Positions 1 through 9,871 are shown, counted from the stretch's first letter. The stretch: 64,000 bases of DNA from an uncultured Flavobacteriaceae bacterium (GCA_963530295.1 CAUSCF010000003.1:77747-141746); one strand, 5' to 3'. Notes: generated from the letters alone by a model not told the origin. Program-made: numbers and translations.

Positions 1-576
1 GTGAATTTTACACAGCTTATCTTGGTCAAAAGTATATTCTGCAAAATAAATTGGCATATTATACTTTTCTAAAAAATGAGACTTTTCATAATCTGAGATT
101 TCATACCGAAGAACATGATTAGTTTCTGTAAAATTATTTCCTTTTATCTTTATCAAATTCTTTTTAGAAATGCCTAATTTTATCCCACTTTCCGTGGAAA
201 AGTTTTTATATTTAGTAGGATTTGAGATAGTTTTCTTATCATATGGACTTATTTCTGCTTGATAAAATTCATTTCTTTTCGTTCCATAGAAAAGATAAAG
301 TTTTAGGACTTCAGTTTTATTTTCATTAGTGAAAATAACATAAGGTAATTCTTCTTTACCCTCTATAACATTGTATTTCAAATCACTATATCCCAAAACT
401 ACAGCAGTAGTATCTGATAATTTTATATTATTAACACTTATATCTGGTACAATGTTATCCCTATATGTTTCATTTTTTGCACAACCTAACACTGACACCA
501 ATATAATTAACAATTTTATTATCAGTAAAATACTTCTTTTTCTACTGCTATGTTTTTCTAATTTTAATTGGCTCAT
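1..576 (-). CDS. hypothetical lipoprotein, partial (C-terminus runs off the window start)
   Basis: Minus-strand frame is open from the window edge to ATG at 574-576. N-terminus MSQLKLEKHSSRKRSILLIIKLLIILVSVLGC has a signal peptide plus lipobox Cys. Absent from the ORF track because no stop lies inside the window. Confidence 0.5.
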   Translation of the reverse strand, partial: MSQLKLEKHSSRKRSILLIIKLLIILVSVLGCAKNETYRDNIVPDISVNNIKLSDTTAVVLGYSDLKYNVIEGKEELPYVIFTNENKTEVLKLYLFYGTKRNEFYQAEISPYDKKTISNPTKYKNFSTESGIKLGISKKNLIKIKGNNFTETNHVLRYEISDYEKSHFLEKYNMPIYFAEYTFDQDKLCKIH

Positions 577-614
577 TTAGATATTTTTATCAATTTCAAA
601 AAAGTTAAAATCCA

Positions 615-1289
615 TCAAATCTGGTTATTTACCACCAAAACCATTTCGCCTTTCAGGGTTTTACTTTTGGAAAATTCTATGAGTTCTTCTATGGTTCCGC
701 GTTTGGTTTCTTCAAATTTTTTGGAAATTTCTCGGCTGAGGCTGATTTTCGTTCCCTCTCCGAAAAATTCCTTTATCTGCTCCAGTGTGGTGTTTATCTT
801 GTGCGGGCTTTCGTAGAGAACTATCGTTTTTTTCTCCTCTGCCAGCTGTTTCAGTTTTGTCTGTCTTCCCTTTTTCTGCGGTAGAAATCCCACGAACAAA
901 AACTCATTATTAGGCAGTCCAGAAACCACCAGCGCCGGCACGAAAGCTGTAGCACCAGGCAGACACTGCATTTCCACCTCGTTATCCGTACATGCCTTTG
1001 CCAGCAGATATCCAGGGTCAGAAATTCCAGGCGTTCCTGCATCGGTAATGATGGCGATATTCTGACCATTTTTCAGGTCTTCTGTCACTTTAAGTGTTGC
1101 TTGATGTTCATTGTGTAAGTGATATGATTTCAATGGTTTAGAAATTTCAAAATGTTTGAGTAAAATTCCCGAAGTCCGTGTATCTTCACAAAGAATATAG
1201 TCCACTTCTTTCAAAATTTTTACTGCCCGAAAAGTCATATCTTCCAGATTGCCAATAGGCGTAGGAACAAAATAAAGTATACCGCTCAT
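615..1289 (-). CDS. rsmI: 16S rRNA (cytidine1402-2'-O)-methyltransferase RsmI
   Basis: 224 aa. N-terminus LYFVPTPIGNLEDMTFRAVKILKEVDYILCEDTR and the tetrapyrrole-methylase-like fold motifs are typical of RsmI. Confidence 0.9.
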   Translation of the reverse strand: MSGILYFVPTPIGNLEDMTFRAVKILKEVDYILCEDTRTSGILLKHFEISKPLKSYHLHNEHQATLKVTEDLKNGQNIAIITDAGTPGISDPGYLLAKACTDNEVEMQCLPGATAFVPALVVSGLPNNEFLFVGFLPQKKGRQTKLKQLAEEKKTIVLYESPHKINTTLEQIKEFFGEGTKISLSREISKKFEETKRGTIEELIEFSKSKTLKGEMVLVVNNQI

Positions 1290-1367
1290 AAATTCTTTTA
1301 TTAAAATTGTTTAAATTTGGGATTTAATTTTGAATTTTTCACATCAAAATCAAAAGGCTAATTTACA

Positions 1368-1952
1368 ATGTTTTTAGAAAATACAATCAATCACGCCAAA
1401 CAAAGCGGCTGGATGGAGGTTATCTGCGGTTCTATGTTTTCTGGAAAAACCGAGGAACTCATCAGAAGGCTCCGCCGTGCAGAGATGGCTGGACAGCAGG
1501 TAGAAATCTTCAAACCCAAGCTGGACAACCGCTATGCCGATGAAGAGGTGGTCTCTCACAACCAAAATAAAATAAAAAGCACTCCCGTAGAAACTCCCGA
1601 TGAGATTCTACTCCTTGGGTCTAACTGTGATGTGGTGGGCATAGATGAGGCGCAGTTTTTCGATGAAAGCATTGTAGAAATAGCCAATCAGCTGGCGAAC
1701 AACGGCGTTCGTGTGGTGATTGCTGGGCTGGATATGGACTACATGGGAAGGCCTTTCGGGCCGATGCCCAACCTGATGGCCACGGCAGAATATGTAACGA
1801 AAGTCCATGCCATCTGCAAGAAAACAGGGAACTTGGCCAATTATTCCATGAGAACCTCAGGGAGTGATGATTTGGTACAATTAGGAGAAACTGACAGCTA
1901 CGAGGCTGTGAGTAGAAAAGTTTTTACAGAAGAAGTTTTGAATAAAAAATAA
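1368..1952 (+). CDS. tdk: thymidine kinase
   Basis: 194 aa. P-loop GSMFSGKTEELIRR and IDEAQFF motif. Stop overlaps the next start (TAATG). Confidence 0.93.
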   Translation: MFLENTINHAKQSGWMEVICGSMFSGKTEELIRRLRRAEMAGQQVEIFKPKLDNRYADEEVVSHNQNKIKSTPVETPDEILLLGSNCDVVGIDEAQFFDESIVEIANQLANNGVRVVIAGLDMDYMGRPFGPMPNLMATAEYVTKVHAICKKTGNLANYSMRTSGSDDLVQLGETDSYEAVSRKVFTEEVLNKK

Positions 1953-4402
1953 TGATATACAGCACATTACAAATTTCGCAACTTACAGATTCTAAACTGA
2001 TTGGGAATCCTGATATTCTCATCAGCAATATCTCTTTTGACAGCCGAAATCTTTATTCTATTTCGGATACGGCGTTTATTGCCATTAACACCAAAAATAA
2101 TTCTGGCGAAAAATACATTTCTTCCGTAGTAGAAAAAGGTGTGAAAGTCATTATTTCTGAAAACTACTATCCTGAATACGAAGATATTACATGGATTATT
2201 ACCAAAAATTCCATTGAGTTTTTACAAATTTTAGCTAAAAAACATTTAGAAAATTCCCATTTAGAAAATACCATCGGCATTACAGGAAGCAACGGCAAAA
2301 CCATTGTAAAAGAATGGCTTTATCAGTGTCTTTGGGATGAATTTTCCACGGTGAAATCTCCCAAAAGTTTCAACTCGCAGATTGGGCTTCCTATTTCGCT
2401 GCTGCAAATCAATGAGGAACACCAGTTGGGAATCTTTGAAGTCGGAATTTCTAAACCGAGCGAAATGGCGAAATTGGAAAATATTTTCGCTCCGAAAATC
2501 GGCGTTTTGACGCACATCGGTTCTGCTCATTCTTCTAATTTTAAAAACGAAGAAGAACTGATAAACGAAAAAATCATTCTTTTCAAAGAAAGTGAAACTA
2601 TTATTTATAACGGAGATAATGAACTGGTTTATAATTTAGTAAATCAACTTTATTCAAGTAAAAATTTAATTAGTTTCGGACTAAATCAAAGAAATGATGT
2701 CCGCATTTTTTCCGATTATAAAAATCCTAATGAACGCATCGGGATAAAATATTTTGATGAAGAAATCAGTATTTCTCTCCAAAAACGAGATGAGGCTACA
2801 CTTTCCAATATTCTGGCGATTGTAGCGGTTTTAAAATGGCTGAAAATCTCCAATGAAAAAATCGTGACCAAAATCCAAGATCTGCATTCAGTAGAGATGC
2901 GTCTGGAGAGTGTGAACGGCATTAGAAATAATCTGATTATCAATGATTCCTTTAATCTGGATTTGGATTCGTTAATCATTGCATATCAGTTCATTAACCA
3001 ATATAAAAAGCAAAAAAAATCACTTATCCTTACAGATATTTTGGACACGATAGAAGAAGATGAAATTCTGTATAAAAAAGTAGCGGAACTTACCAACGAG
3101 CAGGATTTTGAAAATATCATTCTCATCGGAGAACACATCACGAAGTATAAAGATTTGTTTTCAGGGAAAGTTAAAATCTTTGATGATACTCAGGAACTTA
3201 TAGACAGCCAGTATCTCAATACAATTGAAAATCAGCTCATTTTATTAAAAGGAGCGAGAGTTTTTGAAATTGAAAAAATCAAAAAACTTTTAGAACTCCA
3301 AAAGCACGATACTACGCTTGAAGTAAATCTTAATGCCATCGTGCATAATATAAACATTCACAAGAGTTTACTGAAACCAGAGACAAAAGTCTGTGCGATG
3401 GTGAAAGCTTTTTCCTATGGACTGGGCGGCTACGAAATTGCCGAATTTTTACAGCACCACCACATTGATTATCTGGGAGTTGCCTATGCAGATGAGGGGG
3501 TTGATTTACGGAAAAACGGCGTCACTACACCTATCCTTGTGATGAATCCTGAGCAGAGCAGCTATGACACTATCATAGATTATCATCTAGAGCCTGAGAT
3601 ATACAGCCTGAGGGTTTTGGATTTATTTGGGAAACAGCTTCAAGCGAAAGGAATCCAAGAGACCTACCCTATCCATATCAAGATAGAAACAGGAATGCAT
3701 CGCCTTGGTTTTAAAGAAGATGAAATAGATGATTTGATTAATTCCTTGAAAAAATACAATGTCAAAATAGCGAGTATTTTCAGCCATTTATCTTGCGCAG
3801 ATGTTCCCGAAGAAAAGGAATATACACTGCACCAGCTGGAAACCTTTGAGCGAGTTTCAAATAAAATCATCCAAAACATTGATTATAAACCTATTAGACA
3901 TATTCTCAATACAGCGGGAATTATCAATTTCACTGATTATCAATACGATATGGTAAGAATAGGCATTGGGATGATGGGTATTTCCTGCGTTCCTCAAATA
4001 GAAAAACAGCTCCAAAATGTGGCTACATTTAAAACTGTGATATCTCAGATTTCCAAAGTAGAAAAAGGAGATTCCATAGGATACAGCAGAAAATACATCG
4101 CAGAGAAAGATACCAGAATCGCCACTATTCCGATAGGCTATGCGGATGGAATTCCTCGGCTGATAGGGAACAAAAAGGGATTTGTAATCATCAAAGGGCA
4201 GAAAGTTCCTATCGTAGGGAATGTGTGTATGGATATGCTCATGGCGGATTTGGGCGAAATTCCTGCAAAGGAAGGTGATGAAGTCATTATTTTTAATTCT
4301 TGCAAGACTTTGGAAGAGTTTGCAGACTATTGCCAGACTATTCCTTACGAGGTTCTTACTTCCATTTCACGAAGAGTCAAAAGAATTTATGTAAAAGATT
4401 GA
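1952..4402 (+). CDS. bifunctional UDP-N-acetylmuramoyl-tripeptide--D-alanyl-D-alanine ligase (MurF) / alanine racemase (Alr)
   Basis: 816 aa. N-terminal half has the Mur ligase P-loop GITGSNGKT. C-terminal half has the alanine racemase PLP motif AMVKAFSYGLG and the C-terminal GYADG...VCMD block. Confidence 0.9.
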   Translation: MIYSTLQISQLTDSKLIGNPDILISNISFDSRNLYSISDTAFIAINTKNNSGEKYISSVVEKGVKVIISENYYPEYEDITWIITKNSIEFLQILAKKHLENSHLENTIGITGSNGKTIVKEWLYQCLWDEFSTVKSPKSFNSQIGLPISLLQINEEHQLGIFEVGISKPSEMAKLENIFAPKIGVLTHIGSAHSSNFKNEEELINEKIILFKESETIIYNGDNELVYNLVNQLYSSKNLISFGLNQRNDVRIFSDYKNPNERIGIKYFDEEISISLQKRDEATLSNILAIVAVLKWLKISNEKIVTKIQDLHSVEMRLESVNGIRNNLIINDSFNLDLDSLIIAYQFINQYKKQKKSLILTDILDTIEEDEILYKKVAELTNEQDFENIILIGEHITKYKDLFSGKVKIFDDTQELIDSQYLNTIENQLILLKGARVFEIEKIKKLLELQKHDTTLEVNLNAIVHNINIHKSLLKPETKVCAMVKAFSYGLGGYEIAEFLQHHHIDYLGVAYADEGVDLRKNGVTTPILVMNPEQSSYDTIIDYHLEPEIYSLRVLDLFGKQLQAKGIQETYPIHIKIETGMHRLGFKEDEIDDLINSLKKYNVKIASIFSHLSCADVPEEKEYTLHQLETFERVSNKIIQNIDYKPIRHILNTAGIINFTDYQYDMVRIGIGMMGISCVPQIEKQLQNVATFKTVISQISKVEKGDSIGYSRKYIAEKDTRIATIPIGYADGIPRLIGNKKGFVIIKGQKVPIVGNVCMDMLMADLGEIPAKEGDEVIIFNSCKTLEEFADYCQTIPYEVLTSISRRVKRIYVKD

Positions 4403-4404
4403 TT

Positions 4405-6567
4405 ATGAAAAAGTTACTTCAAATATTTATAATAATGTTTTCTTTGACTTTGTATAAAGCTCAGGTAAAAGAAAACATGAAAATTCCGAAAAACCCAAAA
4501 ATAGGGCTTTCTCTGGCGGGCGGCGGCGCGAAAGGTTTTGCCCATGTAGGCGTATTGAAGGTGATAGACTCACTGGGAGTAAAAATAGACTACATCTCTG
4601 GAACCAGCATGGGAGCGATAGTTGGCGGGCTTTATGCATCGGGCTATTCGGCAAAGGAAATAGAAAAAATCATTAAAGAAACTGATTTTTACGAAATTCT
4701 TGCCAATGAAAAAGACCGAAAAGAAACCTCCTTTTTTGATAAAAATAATGACAAATATCTACTGAATATTCCTTTTGAAAAAGGTAAATTCAATGTCTTG
4801 CCAAAAGCCATTTCACAAGGACAAAAAAATCTTTTCCTCTTGAAGGATTTATTTAATAATGTTTCTAATGTCACAGATTTCTCCAAACTGAATATTCCAT
4901 TCATGTGCGTGGCAACCAATCTAGAAAATGGAAAAGTAAAAATTTTTGAAAAAGGAGATTTGGTGAATTCTATCATGGCGAGTTCTGCTTATCCTTCGCT
5001 GATAAATCCTGTGAAAGTAAATGACAGTCTGTATATAGATGGTGCGATGACAGTGAATTTTCCATCAAAACCTCTTAAAGATAAAGGTATGGACATCGTC
5101 ATCGGAGTGGATTTAAGCCTTCCTTTGGCGAATAAAGATGAACTAAATTCAGCTATAAAGATTTTAGACCAAGTGATAGATTTCACTATACAAAACGAAA
5201 ATAAAACTCAGTATAAAAATACAGATATAAGAATTCATCCTAATCTGAAAGGATATTCTTCCACAAGCTATGGCGACAAAGAAAAAATCCTAAATTTAGG
5301 ATATGAAGAAGCTAAAAAATACATTGATATACTCAATAAATTACCAAAAAGAGACTCTTTACCGAAAATGATGAGCAAACCTGTCTATGCTAATGTTTAT
5401 AAAGTAGACAGCCTTGTTTTGGTGAATAGCAGAATTTTTAATGAATCTTATGTAAAAGGGAAAATGAACCTTAAAATCCCTTCTCTGCAGACTTATGCTG
5501 GAATTAACCAAATGATTGATAAATTATACGCTACCAATAATTATAAACTTATCAATTATGACCTGATGCAGCATCAAGGGAAAAATATTTTAAAGCTGGA
5601 ATTAGAAGAAGATGATGTCCGATTTATGCTAAAATTTGGGCTTCATTATGATGAAGTTTTCAAAACAGGTTTATTAATAAATACAACCATCAGAAGATTT
5701 TTATTCCAAAACTCTATTCTCTCCCTTGATGCCATCGTGGGAGGAAATAAACCGAGGTATTATTTTAATTATTTTGTAGATAATGGCTACTTCCCTGGGT
5801 TTGGGATTTATTCTTCTGGGATGAGTCTACAGCTAAATGATGATAATAAAAATGAAATAGAAAAATGGAAATGGTTTAGAAATGAAATTTATCTTCAGTC
5901 TATTTGGAAAGATAGATATGCCATAGGAGGTGGAATGAGCCATGATTATTTTGAGTCTAAAATAGGAACTACCCGCTATGATAATGAAAAAAACTTTCTC
6001 AATCCTTATGTTTTCATTAAAAGTGATACAAGGAATGACAAGGATTTCTCATCAAGAGGTTTCTACCTTAATATAGAAGGAAAATTATTGGATATTTTTA
6101 ATAAAAAAATTGAAAAACAGATTTTCCAAACCAAAGCTGATATCCGAATGAGTTTTCCTATTTCCAGCCGTGTGACTTATAGGCTAAATCTTTTCGGAGG
6201 ATTTACTTTTGGGAAAGATGTTCCATACTATTATCATTTCTACCCTGGTGGAATTTTTGAACAGAATTTAGTCAATTTTGTAAGCTTCCAAGGCTACCAG
6301 TTTGGGAATTTTGGCACGGATAATCTTATTGTTGCTGGAAATGATTTTCAGTTTAGAATTAAGAAAAATTATTTCATCACAGGGCATGTTAATTTTATGA
6401 ATACCTTTGATGAGCATAAAATAAATCATATTCTAAAAGTGGGCGATGTTTCTGGCGGAATTACCGCTGGATACAAATCTCCTTTTGGGCAAATAAAACT
6501 AAATTACAGTAAAGCTGTGAATAAAGGAAAAGGAATTTTTAGTGTGATTTTAGGACATTGGTTCTAA
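4405..6567 (+). CDS. patatin-like phospholipase fused to an Omp85/surface-antigen-like C-terminal beta-barrel
   Basis: Start moved to ATG 4405 (MKKLLQIFIIMFSLTLYKAQ signal peptide); the 4300 start would overlap alr. Patatin motifs GGGAKGFAHVGVL and GTSMGA. C-terminal half is beta-rich and ends in aromatic ...GHWF. Confidence 0.85.
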   Translation: MKKLLQIFIIMFSLTLYKAQVKENMKIPKNPKIGLSLAGGGAKGFAHVGVLKVIDSLGVKIDYISGTSMGAIVGGLYASGYSAKEIEKIIKETDFYEILANEKDRKETSFFDKNNDKYLLNIPFEKGKFNVLPKAISQGQKNLFLLKDLFNNVSNVTDFSKLNIPFMCVATNLENGKVKIFEKGDLVNSIMASSAYPSLINPVKVNDSLYIDGAMTVNFPSKPLKDKGMDIVIGVDLSLPLANKDELNSAIKILDQVIDFTIQNENKTQYKNTDIRIHPNLKGYSSTSYGDKEKILNLGYEEAKKYIDILNKLPKRDSLPKMMSKPVYANVYKVDSLVLVNSRIFNESYVKGKMNLKIPSLQTYAGINQMIDKLYATNNYKLINYDLMQHQGKNILKLELEEDDVRFMLKFGLHYDEVFKTGLLINTTIRRFLFQNSILSLDAIVGGNKPRYYFNYFVDNGYFPGFGIYSSGMSLQLNDDNKNEIEKWKWFRNEIYLQSIWKDRYAIGGGMSHDYFESKIGTTRYDNEKNFLNPYVFIKSDTRNDKDFSSRGFYLNIEGKLLDIFNKKIEKQIFQTKADIRMSFPISSRVTYRLNLFGGFTFGKDVPYYYHFYPGGIFEQNLVNFVSFQGYQFGNFGTDNLIVAGNDFQFRIKKNYFITGHVNFMNTFDEHKINHILKVGDVSGGITAGYKSPFGQIKLNYSKAVNKGKGIFSVILGHWF

Positions 6568-6591
6568 TTTTTTAGAAATAAATAAAGCAGA

Positions 6592-6999
6592 ATGATACAG
6601 TATTTTTTTGAAAATGTAGAGGAAATTACCCTTCCTGAAAATTGTTCCGAATGGGTTGAAAAACTTATTTTAAATGAAGAAAAAAAAGTAGGAAATATCA
6701 ATTATATTTTCTGTGATGACGAATACCTGCTAAAAGTAAATCAGGATTTTCTTAATCATGATTACTACACGGATATCATCACTTTTGACTATGTAAAAGG
6801 TAAAACCATAAGCGGAGATATTTTTATATCTTTGCCGCGCATTTCGGAAAACGCCTCTACCCTATCCAGTAGTTTTGAAAAGGAATTACTACGGGTTCTG
6901 GCTCACGGCGTTCTTCACCTTTGCGGATATAAAGACAAATCCGATGAAGAAGAAAAAGAAATGAGAGCGAAAGAAGATTTTTATATCAATTTATTTTAA
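6592..6999 (+). CDS. ybeY: rRNA maturation RNase YbeY
   Basis: 135 aa with the zinc-binding HGVLHLCGYKD motif. Confidence 0.92.
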   Translation: MIQYFFENVEEITLPENCSEWVEKLILNEEKKVGNINYIFCDDEYLLKVNQDFLNHDYYTDIITFDYVKGKTISGDIFISLPRISENASTLSSSFEKELLRVLAHGVLHLCGYKDKSDEEEKEMRAKEDFYINLF

Positions 7000-7022
7000 T
7001 GTTTCACGGGAAACATTTTTAT
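6998..7022 (+). terminator. rho-independent terminator after ybeY
   Basis: Stem AATGTTTC / GAAACATT with loop ACGG, followed by a T-run. Confidence 0.6.
7000..7015. promoter_or_regulatory. parS-like palindrome (candidate ParB binding site)
   Basis: TGTTTCACGGGAAACA matches TGTTTCACGTGAAACA at 15 of 16 positions. Confidence 0.5.
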
Positions 7023-7046
7023 TATTTATAAACTTATTTACAATAT

Positions 7047-8909
7047 ATGATAAACGAAATATACGATGTAATAGTAGTAGGTGGAGGACACGCAGGCTGT
7101 GAAGCAGCAGCAGCAGCAGCCAATCTCGGCTCTAAAACTATGCTGGTCACTATGAACATGCAGACCATCGGACAGATGAGCTGTAACCCTGCGATGGGCG
7201 GAATAGCAAAAGGACAAATCGTTCGTGAAATAGATGCACTTGGCGGATATTCTGGAATTATAGCCGATAAATCTGCTATCCAGTTCAAAATGCTTAACCT
7301 ATCAAAAGGACCTGCTATGTGGTCGCCACGAACTCAAAATGACAGAATGCTCTTTGCAGAAGAATGGAGATTGGCTTTAGAAAACACTCCAAATCTTGAT
7401 TTTTTCCAAGATATGGTGAAAAATATCATTATAGAAAATGGTAAAGTAGCAGGAGTAATTACCAATATCGGTGTAGAAATCCGTGGAAAAACAGTAGTTC
7501 TTACCAATGGAACTTTTCTAAATGGACTGATACATATCGGAGAAAAACAATTCGGCGGCGGAAGAATGGGCGAACCAAAAGCTTTTGGAATTACTGAGCA
7601 ATTAGTAAGTTTAGGTTTCCAAGCAGGAAGAATGAAAACAGGAACGCCTGTAAGAGTAGATGGAAGAAGTCTAGATTATTCCAAAATGGAAGAACAAAAA
7701 GGCGATGAAAATCCACAAAAATTCTCTTACCTCGATACGCCTAAACTCAAAGAACAAAGAAGCTGCTACATCACTTACACAAACGAAACTGTGCATGATA
7801 TTCTCCGCTCTGGGTTTGACAGAAGCCCAATGTTCAATGGAACCATACAAAGTATAGGACCAAGATACTGCCCAAGTATAGAAGATAAAATCAATCGTTT
7901 TACTGAACGAAACAGACACCAGCTTTTCGTAGAACCAGAAGGCTGGAAAACTGTTGAAATCTATGTAAATGGTTTCAGCTCTTCACTTCCAGAAGATATT
8001 CAAGCCAAAGCACTAAGACATGTACCAGGTTTTGAAAATGCTAAAATATTTCGCCCAGGTTATGCCATAGAGTACGACTACTTCCCTCCTACTCAGCTGA
8101 AACATACTTTGGAAACCAAACTGATTGAAAATTTATTTTTCGCTGGACAAATCAACGGAACCACTGGCTACGAAGAAGCAGCAGGACAAGGACTAATTGC
8201 AGGAATCAATGCACATAATAAAGTTCACAGCAAAGATGAATTTACCCTCGGCAGAGATGAAGCCTATATAGGTGTACTGATAGACGACCTCATCACAAAA
8301 GGAACAGAAGAACCTTATCGTATGTTCACATCAAGAGCAGAATATAGACTACTTCTAAGACAAGATAATGCCGATATTCGTCTGACTGAAAAATCTTATA
8401 ACATAGGTTTGGCATCAGAAGAAAGACTCAGAAAAGTAGAGAAAAAAATTAAAAAGTCTGGAGAGCTGGAAGAATTCCTTAAAGAATTATCATTAAAACC
8501 AAATGTTATAAATCCTATTCTTGAAGAAAATGAAAGCAATCCTGTAGACCAAGCATACAGAGCATCTCAAATATTAACTCGTCCTAACATAAATTTAGAA
8601 AAACTTTCTAAAATAGAAATTATAGGAAATAAAGTGAGAGAATATTCTGAAGAGATACAAGAGCAAGCAGAAATCAATATAAAATACAAAGGCTACATAG
8701 AAAAAGAAAAAGAAAATGTAGCAAAACTCCAAAGAATGGAAAATATAAAAATTCCTGATGATTTTGATTTTAGCAAGGTAGCTTCACTTTCTTCGGAAGC
8801 CCTACAAAAGATGAATAATATTCGTCCAAAAAATATCGCACAGGCTTCCAGAATATCAGGAGTGTCACCAGCGGATATTAATGTTTTATTAATTTATTTA
8901 GGAAAATAA
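7047..8909 (+). CDS. mnmG: tRNA uridine 5-carboxymethylaminomethyl modification enzyme MnmG (GidA)
   Basis: 620 aa. FAD motif DVIVVGGGHAGCEAA, and SCNPAMGG and GQINGTTGYEEAA blocks. Confidence 0.95.
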   Translation: MINEIYDVIVVGGGHAGCEAAAAAANLGSKTMLVTMNMQTIGQMSCNPAMGGIAKGQIVREIDALGGYSGIIADKSAIQFKMLNLSKGPAMWSPRTQNDRMLFAEEWRLALENTPNLDFFQDMVKNIIIENGKVAGVITNIGVEIRGKTVVLTNGTFLNGLIHIGEKQFGGGRMGEPKAFGITEQLVSLGFQAGRMKTGTPVRVDGRSLDYSKMEEQKGDENPQKFSYLDTPKLKEQRSCYITYTNETVHDILRSGFDRSPMFNGTIQSIGPRYCPSIEDKINRFTERNRHQLFVEPEGWKTVEIYVNGFSSSLPEDIQAKALRHVPGFENAKIFRPGYAIEYDYFPPTQLKHTLETKLIENLFFAGQINGTTGYEEAAGQGLIAGINAHNKVHSKDEFTLGRDEAYIGVLIDDLITKGTEEPYRMFTSRAEYRLLLRQDNADIRLTEKSYNIGLASEERLRKVEKKIKKSGELEEFLKELSLKPNVINPILEENESNPVDQAYRASQILTRPNINLEKLSKIEIIGNKVREYSEEIQEQAEINIKYKGYIEKEKENVAKLQRMENIKIPDDFDFSKVASLSSEALQKMNNIRPKNIAQASRISGVSPADINVLLIYLGK

Positions 8910-8910
8910 A

Positions 8911-8946
8911 ATCACAATGTTTCATGTGAAACATTGTGATTGTTTT
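8911..8946 (+). terminator. rho-independent terminator after mnmG
   Basis: 14-bp perfect arms ATCACAATGTTTCA / TGAAACATTGTGAT followed by TGTTTT. Confidence 0.6.
8918..8933. promoter_or_regulatory. parS-like palindrome (candidate ParB binding site)
   Basis: TGTTTCATGTGAAACA matches TGTTTCACGTGAAACA at 15 of 16 positions. Confidence 0.5.
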
Positions 8947-8958
8947 ATAAAAATTAAT

Positions 8959-9783
8959 ATGAAAATAAAAGACCACTTTCTCTCACAAGAGAAATTTGAA
9001 ATTATAGAAACAGAAATCCAAGGGATTTATAAAACTTCTCCCCTGCCTGATGATTTAGGTAAATATTATGAAAGCAAAGATTACATTTCGCATCATCAGG
9101 ATTCGGGAAGTTTAAAAGAAAAAGTATATAAATTTTTACAGAAGTTTAATCTTAATTATAAAAAAAATATAATCAAAAATGAAATAGGAACTCATCTGAA
9201 AATATTAGACTACGGATGTGGCGCGGGAGAGTTTGTAAAATTTATAGAAAACGAATACACCACTTTCGGATTTGAGCCAAATGAAAATGCAAGAAATTTT
9301 GCAAAACAAAAATCAGAAAAAACAATTTTCATTTCCAATCCAGAACTCACAGAAATAGAAAATGAAAGTCTGGATGGTATCACCCTATGGCATGTTTTCG
9401 AGCATATAGAGGAAAGAGAAAAATACCTGAAAATATTTCATGAGAAATTAAAACCAAATGGACTTCTCATCATCGCCGTTCCGAACCACACTTCCTACGA
9501 CGGAAAAAAATATAAAGAATCTTGGGCTGCCTATGATGTGCCGAGACACATTTGGCATTTTTCAAAATCAGGAATGGAAAAATTGATGAATAATGAAAAT
9601 TGGAAAATCAGAAAAATAAAACCTCTCCTGCTCGATTCTTATTATATCTCTATGCTAAGTGAAAAATATAAGAAAAATCCTCTTTTTTGGCTTTTTGGAG
9701 CAATTCACGGAGCGATTTCTAATTTTAAAGCATCAAAAACGGGTGAATTTTCAAGTTTGATATATATTATCGAAAAAACTTAG
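8959..9783 (+). CDS. class I SAM-dependent methyltransferase
   Basis: SAM motif ILDYGCGAGEF. Start placed at ATG 8959 (MKIKDHF); the 8917 start lies inside the upstream hairpin. Confidence 0.75.
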   Translation: MKIKDHFLSQEKFEIIETEIQGIYKTSPLPDDLGKYYESKDYISHHQDSGSLKEKVYKFLQKFNLNYKKNIIKNEIGTHLKILDYGCGAGEFVKFIENEYTTFGFEPNENARNFAKQKSEKTIFISNPELTEIENESLDGITLWHVFEHIEEREKYLKIFHEKLKPNGLLIIAVPNHTSYDGKKYKESWAAYDVPRHIWHFSKSGMEKLMNNENWKIRKIKPLLLDSYYISMLSEKYKKNPLFWLFGAIHGAISNFKASKTGEFSSLIYIIEKT

Positions 9784-9871
9784 AAAATAGATTTTTAATA
9801 GGTTTATTAAAGTCAATTTTTTACTCAAAAATAACTTTTTCAAGAAATTTTTAAATTAAAAAGAAAATATC

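Noticed and set aside
4300-4404. Upstream extension of the patatin gene, and similarly the 40076 extension of truA and the 40172 extension of the metallophosphoesterase
   Set aside because: The extensions overlap the neighbouring gene or divergent promoter region. Internal ATGs give canonical N-termini (signal peptide MKKLLQIF; MRYFIEFSYNG; MKKILLLSDTHS).
8917-8958. Longer start (MFHVKHCDCFIKIN) for the methyltransferase
   Set aside because: These codons are the two arms of the parS-like terminator hairpin after mnmG. ATG 8959 gives a normal N-terminus.
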